From Tepidisphaeraceae bacterium (GTDB lineage Bacteria > Planctomycetota > Phycisphaerae > Tepidisphaerales > Tepidisphaeraceae), in assembly GCA_049840775.1 (NCBI GenBank), contig JASGJJ010000005.1:1453762-1517761 (forward strand): DNA of 64,000 nucleotides, written 5' to 3'. Below the pieces are notes generated by a model, which was not told the origin of the DNA, did not search any database, and worked only from the letters and a program-made list of their open reading frames with translations. A program made the translations under genes and the position numbers. Within the stretch, counting starts at the first letter, position 1, and the number at the start of each line of letters is the position of its first letter. Below are positions 57,185-64,000 of this stretch, one piece after another.

Positions 57185-58768
57185 GTGCTGAGCCGTTCCA
57201 AATCTATTGCTGCCGTTGCTGCCCGGACTGAACCTTTTGACCTGCTGATCATCGGCGGCGGCGCGACAGGTGTCGGCACCGCGGTCGACGCCGCGGCGCG
57301 AGGGTATTCCGTCTGCCTGCTCGAAAAATCTGACTTCGGCAAAGGGACCAGCAGCCGAAGCACCAAGCTCGTGCACGGCGGCGTTCGGTATCTCCAGCAG
57401 GGCAACATCAGCCTTGTCATGGAAGCGCTCAAAGAGCGTGGCCTGCTCCGGCAGAACGCGCCGCACCTCGTGCATGACCTCGCCTTCGTCGTGCCCAACT
57501 ATGCGTGGTGGGAAGCGCCTTTTTACGGCATCGGCATGAAGGTGTATGACCTGCTCGCCTTCCGCTATGGCTTCGGGCGGTCGAAGCTCCTGAGCAAGGA
57601 CGAAGTCATCGCCCGCATCCCGACCCTCGAAACCGACGGCCTGCGCGGCGGCGTCGTTTATTACGACGGCCAATTCGATGACGCCCGGCTGCTGATCAAT
57701 CTCGCCACGACAGCCGCGGAACACTGTGCAACACTCATCAACTATGCCCCGGTCGTCGGCTTCACGCGTGACGAGCACGGCTTCGTCAACGGGGTGAGTT
57801 TCGTTGATGAAGAAACCGGCGTCCGCCACACCGTCTATGGCCGCAGTGTGATCAACGCCACTGGCGCTTTCTGCGATGAACTTCGCCAGATCGACGACCC
57901 TGCCGCTACGCCGATGATCGCGCCCAGCCAAGGCGTTCACTTGGTGCTCGACCGCTCATTTTTGCCCGGCACGCACGCGATCATGGTGCCCAAAACTCGC
58001 GACGGGCGTGTGATGTTCGCCATTCCGTGGCACGACTGCTGCGTCGTCGGCACGACCGACACGCCGATCAAATCGGTTTCGCTCGAACCGGTCGCGATGG
58101 AAGAAGAAATTGAATTCATTCTCAGCACCACCGCGCAGTACCTCGCCAAAGACCCGACGCGTGAAGACGTGCTCAGCGTCTTCACCGGCATCCGCCCGCT
58201 CGTAAAGGCCGGCGACGCGGGTAACACGGCGTCGCTTTCACGCGACCACACGATTCAGATCAGCAAAAGCGGCCTGCTGACCATCTGCGGCGGCAAGTGG
58301 ACGACCTACCGAAAGATGGCGGAAGACTGTGTGGACCATGCCGCCACGCTCGGCAAACTCGACGAACGGCCGTGCACGACCAGGGCCCTGAAAATTCATG
58401 GCCATCACGAAAACGCCGACGCTTTCGGCGACCTGCGATACTACGGCTCCGACGCCCCGGCCGTCCGCGCGTTGATCGACGCCGACGCCACCCTCGCCGA
58501 TCGCCTACACCCGGCCTTGCCCGTCATTGCCGCCGAAATTATCTGGGCGGTGCGGAACGAAATGTCGCGCACGGTCGACGACGCCTTGTCCCGGCGGACG
58601 CGGTCGCTGCTCCTGAACGCAAAGGCCGCCATAGAAATGGCGCCAGCCGTCGCGGCGATCATGCGAAAAGAACTCGGCCGCGATGCAGAATGGGAGCGGA
58701 AGCAGATTGCTGATTTCGTCACAATCGCTTCAGCCTACGTATTGCCAACGTCTCAAGTCGGTTCGTAA
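57185..58768 (+). CDS. glpD: FAD-dependent glycerol-3-phosphate dehydrogenase
   Basis: The ORF starts at GTG. It reads ..FDLLIIGGGATGVGTAVDAAARGYSVCLLEKSDFGKGTSSRSTKLVHGGVRYL.. and has the C-terminal alpha-GPDH domain. Confidence 0.88.
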   Translation: MLSRSKSIAAVAARTEPFDLLIIGGGATGVGTAVDAAARGYSVCLLEKSDFGKGTSSRSTKLVHGGVRYLQQGNISLVMEALKERGLLRQNAPHLVHDLAFVVPNYAWWEAPFYGIGMKVYDLLAFRYGFGRSKLLSKDEVIARIPTLETDGLRGGVVYYDGQFDDARLLINLATTAAEHCATLINYAPVVGFTRDEHGFVNGVSFVDEETGVRHTVYGRSVINATGAFCDELRQIDDPAATPMIAPSQGVHLVLDRSFLPGTHAIMVPKTRDGRVMFAIPWHDCCVVGTTDTPIKSVSLEPVAMEEEIEFILSTTAQYLAKDPTREDVLSVFTGIRPLVKAGDAGNTASLSRDHTIQISKSGLLTICGGKWTTYRKMAEDCVDHAATLGKLDERPCTTRALKIHGHHENADAFGDLRYYGSDAPAVRALIDADATLADRLHPALPVIAAEIIWAVRNEMSRTVDDALSRRTRSLLLNAKAAIEMAPAVAAIMRKELGRDAEWERKQIADFVTIASAYVLPTSQVGS

Positions 58769-58883
58769 TAACAAAGTCATACGGTTGTCATTTCGTCACC
58801 CGAGCGGTGACGTGCGCGGATTTTTTTGTTTGGCGTTTGGTCGTGTTCGATGGTATTTTTGATTTCTTCGGCCGCGGGGAAAT

Positions 58884-59465
58884 GTGGCTGAGGCATATCG
58901 TTCGTTCACGGGGAATACCTTGTCGTCACTCTCATGTCCGCACTGCAATTCGCTGTACTCTGCCGGCTCGTATTACTGTGAAGGGTGCGGCAAGGCGTTG
59001 CCGTCGAAGCAGTCGTCGCCTGTGGTCGCCTATGCCCCGCGCACGTCGGCCGGGCAAAATCTTTTGTCCGAAGACCTCAAAAAGACGATGCGGAAGGCGT
59101 TCACCGCGCTGATCATCGTCGCCGTCCTGCAAACGCTCGCCGGGCCGGTGTTGCTGTTCGCCGAGAAGGCCCGGATGGAACGAGAGCACCCGGAGATGGT
59201 CTACACCGTCACGCCGACGGGCTACGCGATCGTCTTCGGCATCGCCGGTATTTTTTACGCGCTCGCGATCTGGTCGCGCTGGAGCCCCCTGCCGGCCGCC
59301 ATTGCCGGGTTAGTGGTCTTCTGCACGCTGCACCTGATTGAAGCCGCCTCAGATCCGACAAGCCTGGCGAAAGGCATCATCCTGAAGGTGATTATCATCG
59401 CCATGCTGGCCAGCGCGATTAAGGCCGGCATTCAGTTCCGCAAGATCCAGTCGCCGACGGCTTAA
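58884..59465 (+). CDS. Zinc-ribbon plus 4-TM membrane protein
   Basis: The ORF starts at GTG. The N-terminal Zn ribbon is LSCPHCNSLYSAGSYYCEGCGKAL. Four hydrophobic helices follow (ALIIVAVLQTLAGPVLLFA; YAIVFGIAGIFYALAIW; AAIAGLVVFCTLHLI; ILKVIIIAMLASAI). Confidence 0.55.
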   Translation: MAEAYRSFTGNTLSSLSCPHCNSLYSAGSYYCEGCGKALPSKQSSPVVAYAPRTSAGQNLLSEDLKKTMRKAFTALIIVAVLQTLAGPVLLFAEKARMEREHPEMVYTVTPTGYAIVFGIAGIFYALAIWSRWSPLPAAIAGLVVFCTLHLIEAASDPTSLAKGIILKVIIIAMLASAIKAGIQFRKIQSPTA

Positions 59466-59480
59466 AGGCCGTGAAACGTC

Positions 59481-60287
59481 GTGTCTGACGCGTCGTATCC
59501 GATCGCAACCCCGCCGCCCTTACCCCGGCCGACATTCTGCCGGCTGTGCGGGGCCGTCCTTGGCGACAGCGGCGAGCCATGCGTTTGCACGGCCTTGGCT
59601 GCCGCGAGGTCCGTTGTTGATGACGGCAACGACCCGAGGCCGACACTGCGGGCGGGGTTATGGCTCTATTTTTCGCTGCTCGGGTTATCGACGGCGACGA
59701 TCATCGCCCTCAAGGCGGTGCCGGCCATCAATGTCGATGGCGCTATGGAACTGACGCTGTCGGGCCTGTTCGCCGTCATCGTCGTGGCGTTCGGCTGCTT
59801 TCACGCCAAATCGGTCGTGCGCCTGCTTCGGCCGGTCGGAAGTTGGCAGTGGTATGCGGTCGCGCTGGTCGCGCCGGTCGGCACGTTCCTGTTCGCCGGG
59901 CTGGTGCTCAAGGCGTTCCATGACGTGCTCGGTACGCCCCTGCTGAATGAAGTCGAAGGCTTCGAAACAAACGGCTACGGCTTTGCCACTGCGGTGCTGG
60001 CGGTCTGTGTGCTGCCGGCCGTTTCCGAAGAAATCGCTTTCCGGGGCATGATTTTCGACGGCCTCGCACGGCACCTCAGTGTCACTGAAGCCGCACTGGT
60101 GTCGATGGTGATGTTCGGCATCCTGCACCTGTCGGTGATCTCGCTGCCTCACTTGTTGCTGATCGGGCTGGTGTTGGCGGCGCTTCGGATCAAGTCGGGT
60201 TCACTATTGCCCGGTATCATCGCGCACTTTCTTCACAACCTGCTGGTCTGCAGCAGTCATTGGTTTCACTGGCGGCTGCCATGGTGA
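59481..60287 (+). CDS. CPBP-family intramembrane glutamic endopeptidase (CAAX/Abi, PF02517-like) with an N-terminal Cys-rich segment
   Basis: The ORF starts at GTG. It has FCRLCGAVLGDSGEPCVC and several TM helices. Catalytic motifs are AVSEEIAFRGMIFDGL (EExxxR), MFGILH and IIAHFLHNL (HxxxN). Confidence 0.7.
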   Translation: MSDASYPIATPPPLPRPTFCRLCGAVLGDSGEPCVCTALAAARSVVDDGNDPRPTLRAGLWLYFSLLGLSTATIIALKAVPAINVDGAMELTLSGLFAVIVVAFGCFHAKSVVRLLRPVGSWQWYAVALVAPVGTFLFAGLVLKAFHDVLGTPLLNEVEGFETNGYGFATAVLAVCVLPAVSEEIAFRGMIFDGLARHLSVTEAALVSMVMFGILHLSVISLPHLLLIGLVLAALRIKSGSLLPGIIAHFLHNLLVCSSHWFHWRLPW

Positions 60288-60811
60288 TTGAGCACAGTTT
60301 TATTTCGACTTACCCGTCCGAATTCATTCTGGAATCGGCACTCGCTTATCTCAGAGAGCGAGGCTTTCGAGCGATAATTGCCGACACTACCGGGCAGATC
60401 ATCGAACTCGAGCGCGGCGTGCAGAAGTCGGCCAAGGCGAAATCGATCGTCGAACTGCCGCAGAAAGTGCGTCTGGAAGTCGACCGCGGTCGCGTCTCGA
60501 TCGCCGCATTGATCGAACCGAGCCTGACCTGGGGCGGGCAAGGCGCGTTCTACACCGCCGGCCGGCCGAAGAAAATGGTCGTCCATCAGGAATTGCTTGA
60601 GGGCATTCTGACCGGCCTGGAGACGCTGCTCGCGCACGACTGCACCGGCGCCACCGACTACGCCGCATGGGACGCCGCCGAGGCCGAGGCGGTCCGTCTC
60701 TCTGAAGCACGCAGCCGACGTCAGCGCAACACGATTTTCACCATTGCCGGCATTGTGGTGCTGCTGTTCATCGCATTCTGGGTGATGATCGCGCTGTCGC
60801 TGCGCCGTTAG
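60281..60811 (+). CDS. Hypothetical tail-anchored membrane protein
   Basis: ATG 60281 overlaps the upstream stop (ATGGTGA). A ~150-aa soluble domain is followed by a single C-terminal TM helix (IFTIAGIVVLLFIAFWVMIALSL). I recognise no family. Confidence 0.5.
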   Translation: MVIEHSFISTYPSEFILESALAYLRERGFRAIIADTTGQIIELERGVQKSAKAKSIVELPQKVRLEVDRGRVSIAALIEPSLTWGGQGAFYTAGRPKKMVVHQELLEGILTGLETLLAHDCTGATDYAAWDAAEAEAVRLSEARSRRQRNTIFTIAGIVVLLFIAFWVMIALSLRR

Positions 60812-60814
60812 CCA

Positions 60815-61774
60815 TCAATCCCGCCAGACATCGCCGGGCTGTCGGGCGACGATTCGGTCTTGTTCTTTCGATGCCGCCAGCATGCGTTCGAGCGGTTCGG
60901 TCATCGGCTCGTGACTCAGTTTGAATGTCGAGTGGTGGATCGGCATCACACGCTCGGCTTTTACGTGGTCGGCCATTTCCATGGCTTGCTCGGGCGTGGC
61001 ATGGGCGGCGATGTACGGGTTGTACGCGCCGATGCCCAGGATCGCCAGATCGACAGCCGCCGTGCCTTGCCAGCGCGTCTGGTAGGCGGTGTCCGCGCCG
61101 TAGAGAACGCGTTTGTTGTCGGCTTCGAGGAGGAACGCGCCGTAGCCGCGATGGGTGTCGTAGAACGTGCGGGCACCCCAGTGCTGAACCGGCATCCCGG
61201 TGATGGCGAGGCCGGCGATGCGGTGCGTGTCGCCCCAGTTCATCTCGGTGACGCTGGCGAATTTCAGGTCACGCACCAGGTCGCCGACGCCTTTGTACGT
61301 GACGACGTGGCTACGTTTGGGCAGCCGGGCGAGGCTCGGGCGGTCGAGGTGATCGAAATGCGCGTGACTGAGCAAAATCACATCAATCGGTGGCAGGTCT
61401 TTGATCGCCAGGGCCGGGCGTTGCAACCGCAGCGGGCCCGCGGTCAGCAGGCCTAAACCCAGGCCGACGCGGAGGCTGAAGACGGGGTTGGTCAGAATCG
61501 TCAGCCCGCCCATTCGCAAGAGCACGGTGGCGTGGCCGACCCAGGCGGCGGCGAGGTCGGCATTCTCCCAGCCGGCTAAATCGGGGGACTTGGGGGCCGC
61601 AGGGACGTCGTGGAAGCGGTCGACCAGACGAAGCCGCCCCGTGCCCCGGCCGAGCCGGTCGGCAAGCCGTAGCGGCCATTGCTTGCGCTTCGCGAAATCC
61701 GTAATCGAACGCCAATTCAGTCGGGACATCTGTCCGAATGATACGCGAGAGTTGAGATCACCGATGTTCGCCAC
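60815..61774 (-). CDS. MBL-fold metallo-hydrolase (NAPE-PLD/YycJ-like)
   Basis: The ORF is 319 aa. It reads ..AAWVGHATVLL..ILTNPVF..VILLSHAHFDHLD (HxHxDH)..GADT..PIHHSTF.. Confidence 0.75.
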   Translation of the reverse strand: MANIGDLNSRVSFGQMSRLNWRSITDFAKRKQWPLRLADRLGRGTGRLRLVDRFHDVPAAPKSPDLAGWENADLAAAWVGHATVLLRMGGLTILTNPVFSLRVGLGLGLLTAGPLRLQRPALAIKDLPPIDVILLSHAHFDHLDRPSLARLPKRSHVVTYKGVGDLVRDLKFASVTEMNWGDTHRIAGLAITGMPVQHWGARTFYDTHRGYGAFLLEADNKRVLYGADTAYQTRWQGTAAVDLAILGIGAYNPYIAAHATPEQAMEMADHVKAERVMPIHHSTFKLSHEPMTEPLERMLAASKEQDRIVARQPGDVWRD

Positions 61775-61869
61775 GCTGCGGCGCGGCTGCTGGTATTTCG
61801 ACCCATGGAGTCTATTTATCAGCAGCTGCGCTGCAGCTTAGCGGAGAATCGAAATGCTGGTTTTGAGGC

Positions 61870-62961
61870 TTACTTAATTGCCGCGACCAGTTCGGCATTG
61901 GTTTTCACCTTTGTCATGGTGTCGATCAGGCTCTTGAGGGCCTGGCCGGGGTCCATGGCGACGAGGTGTTTGCGGATTTTCCGGGCCGCCGCGAGCGTAT
62001 CGGGCGGGAGCAACAGCTCTTCCTTGCGTGTGCCGCTCTGAGGGATGTTGATGGCCGGGAAGATGCGCTGGTTCGCGAGCTTGCGGTCGAGCGTCAGCTC
62101 CATGTTGCCCGTGCCTTTGAACTCTTCGAAAATGACCTTGTCCATCTGGCTGCCGGTTTCGATGAGGCAGGTGGCGAGGATGGTGAGGCTGCCGCCTTCT
62201 TCGAGCTTGCGGGCGGCACCGAAGAGGCGTTTGGGGATTTCGAGTCGCTTTGCTGTCGACACCGCCCGACAGCGTTTTGCCGCTGCGGCTTTCGGTGTTG
62301 AACGCACGGCCCAAACGGGTGAGCGAGTCCATCAGGATGATGACATCGTGACCGGCCTCGGCGCGGCGCTTGCCACGCTCGATGACGAGCTTGGCCAGGT
62401 CCAGGTGCTTGTCGATGGTGTTGTCGTTGGACGAGGCGTAAACCGTGCCAGGCACGTTCCGCTTCATGTCCGTGACTTCTTCCGGGCGCTCGTCGACCAG
62501 CAGCAGCAGCAGCTCCGCCTGCGGGTGATTGGCATGAATGCCGCGGGCGATGTTCTGCAAAAGGATGGTTTTGCCCGTCCGGGGCGGTGCGACAATTAGG
62601 CCCCGCTGGCCGAAGCCGATCGGCGTGAGAAGATCGATCATCCGCGTCGTGAGCTCGGCAGGGTTGTGCTCGAGCTTGATCTGCGGCGACGGGTCAAGGG
62701 CGGTGGCGTCGTAGATGGCGGTCGGCGCACGCCACTCGGCGAACGGCACGTTTTCGATGCGGGTGATCTTGCCGATCTGTTTCCCGCGGAGTTCGGCCTG
62801 GATCATCATGCCGGGCGCAAGCCGCGGTCGACCCAGACTTTACGGGGCACGTAGACGTTCCCAGGCCGCACGGGGCGGAGCGGGTGAGCGGGGTCACGGA
62901 GGTCGCCGTCGCGACGCTCGTCGGCGATCTGAAGGAGGCCTTCGACTAAAGGTTCGGGCAT
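61870..62961 (-). CDS. rho: Transcription termination factor Rho (short N-terminus); two apparent frameshifts
   Basis: ORFs 62806..63084 (from ATG 62961: [40 protein letters not shown]), 61874..62809 (..[22 protein letters not shown].. Walker [13 protein letters not shown]) and 61870..62307 (..[44 protein letters not shown]..) are colinear. Frame changes lie at ~62812 and ~62255. Confidence 0.88.
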
Positions 62962-63037
62962 TGAATTGTCTCGGGGTCGGACCGGCCCTTTCGCCGGTCC
63001 AAGGCATGAGCATAATGGAAAACCGAAAGGCTTACCA

Positions 63038-63475
63038 ATGAGTGACTTGCTGACGCGCCTCCAGACCGACATGAAAACCGCCATGAAGGCCGGCGAAAAG
63101 GACCGGCTTCAGGTGATCCGCATGCTGATCAGCGAGGTCAAAAACATCGACCTCAACCCCGCCAAACCGACCGCCGAGCAGGCGGTCGAGGCGTACGCGA
63201 AGAAGCTGAAAAAGAGCGCCGAAGAGTTCGAAAAGATCGGCCGGGCGGAAGAAGTGGCGAAGCTGAAGGCAGAAACCGAACAGGTCGAAGCCTACTTGCC
63301 GAAAAAACTGTCCGCCGCCGAAACCGAGCCGCTGGTCGACGCCTTCCTGGCCGCCAATGCGTTCACCGAAAAAGACGCCGGCCGGGCCACCGGGGCGTTC
63401 ATGAAACAGCACGCGGGGCAGGTCGATGCCGGTATTGTGAACCCGCTGATCCGCCAGAAACTGGCCGGGAAATAG
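63038..63475 (+). CDS. GatB/YqeY-domain protein
   Basis: ATG 63038 gives MSDLLTRLQTDMKTAMKAGEKDRLQVIRMLISEVKN..AETEQVEAYLPKKLS.. Confidence 0.8.
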   Translation: MSDLLTRLQTDMKTAMKAGEKDRLQVIRMLISEVKNIDLNPAKPTAEQAVEAYAKKLKKSAEEFEKIGRAEEVAKLKAETEQVEAYLPKKLSAAETEPLVDAFLAANAFTEKDAGRATGAFMKQHAGQVDAGIVNPLIRQKLAGK

Positions 63476-63483
63476 TGCGTTAA

Positions 63484-63570
63484 CCGCCGAGACACCAAGG
63501 GGCCAAGGACGAAAAAGAATAGGATCAAATGTCCTGCTTCTCTTTTCTTGGCCCCTTGGCGTCTTGGCGG
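63484..63570. repeat. Palindrome (24-bp arms, 22/24 complementary)
   Basis: CCGCCGAGACACCAAGGGGCCAAG (63484-63507) pairs with CTTGGCCCCTTGGCGTCTTGGCGG (63547-63570). The spacer is 39 nt and AT-rich. Confidence 0.8.
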
Positions 63571-63598
63571 TGAATATCCTGATTCGGAGATCTTGATT

Positions 63599-64000
63599 AT
63601 GCCCGTTCTCACCGCAAACACCGCCGCCCCGAAGTTCAGCCTCGCCGCTAGCGACGGCAGCACCGTCAGCAGCGATGCGCTGAAGGGGAAAAAGTACGTC
63701 CTTTACTTCTACCCCAAGGCCGACACGCCCGGCTGCACCAAGGAAACTTGCGGCTTCCGCGATGCCCTGGCGGGTTACAAAGAGCTGAACGTGCCGGTCT
63801 TCGGCATCAGCCCGGACCCGGTGAAAGACGTCACGAAGTTTGCCCAGAAGTTCGACGTGAACTTCCCGCTCCTGGCCGACGAAGATCACAGCATCGCCGA
63901 GGCGTTTGGTGTCTGGGGCGAAAAGGCCATGTACGGCAAAAAATACATGGGCGTGCTCCGGACGACCTTCGTCGTCGATGAAAAAGGCACGATCGCCAAG
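63599..64000 (+). CDS. bcp: Thiol peroxidase Bcp (peroxiredoxin); the 3' end lies beyond the window
   Basis: ATG 63599 is preceded by GGAGA at 63586-63590. It reads MPVLTANTAAPKFSLAASDGSTVSSDALKGKKYVLYFYPKADTPGCTKETCGFRD..FGISPD.. Confidence 0.85.
   Translation, partial: MPVLTANTAAPKFSLAASDGSTVSSDALKGKKYVLYFYPKADTPGCTKETCGFRDALAGYKELNVPVFGISPDPVKDVTKFAQKFDVNFPLLADEDHSIAEAFGVWGEKAMYGKKYMGVLRTTFVVDEKGTIAK

Noticed and set aside
1-64000. Mobile element or prophage
   Set aside because: No transposase, integrase, recombinase, capsid or terminase-like ORF is visible in any frame. Only the small repeat-bracketed cassette at 56.07-57.13 kb hints at mobility.

Overview
This 64-kb segment is high in GC, roughly 60-65% in hand-counted samples. 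It looks planctomycetal: it carries a DUF1559/H-X9-DG-type protein, a DUF1570-type protein, a TIGR03790-like protein and LExLExR N-terminal motifs. I recognise about 60 protein-coding genes, nearly all housekeeping. They include ispG, argC, hemB, addB-addA-truD, mtaB-dtd, recN, rpiA, sdhB, prfA, a Dus, PBP4/dacB, xseA, mgtE, a type IIA topoisomerase A+B pair, glpD, rho, rnhA and bcp. I saw no rRNA, tRNA, CRISPR array, transposase, integrase or phage genes. Four things stand out. (1) At roughly 35 places an obviously single gene changes reading frame. These are most likely consensus indels, but their distribution is patchy. (2) There is a rich set of long intergenic palindromes. One is a five-copy nested-palindrome family (GTAGGGGCGAC-N6-GTCGCCC), with one copy lying in frame inside the dihydrouridine synthase gene. 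(3) There are small low-GC islets. The clearest is a DUF4365-like nuclease/alpha-repeat ORF bracketed by an 11-bp direct repeat, wedged between the topoisomerase B gene and glpD. (4) There is a tight three-gene membrane module: a Zn-ribbon protein, a CPBP protease and a tail-anchored protein. All product calls come from motif recognition by eye; no database was searched. Frameshift positions are approximate (marked ~).
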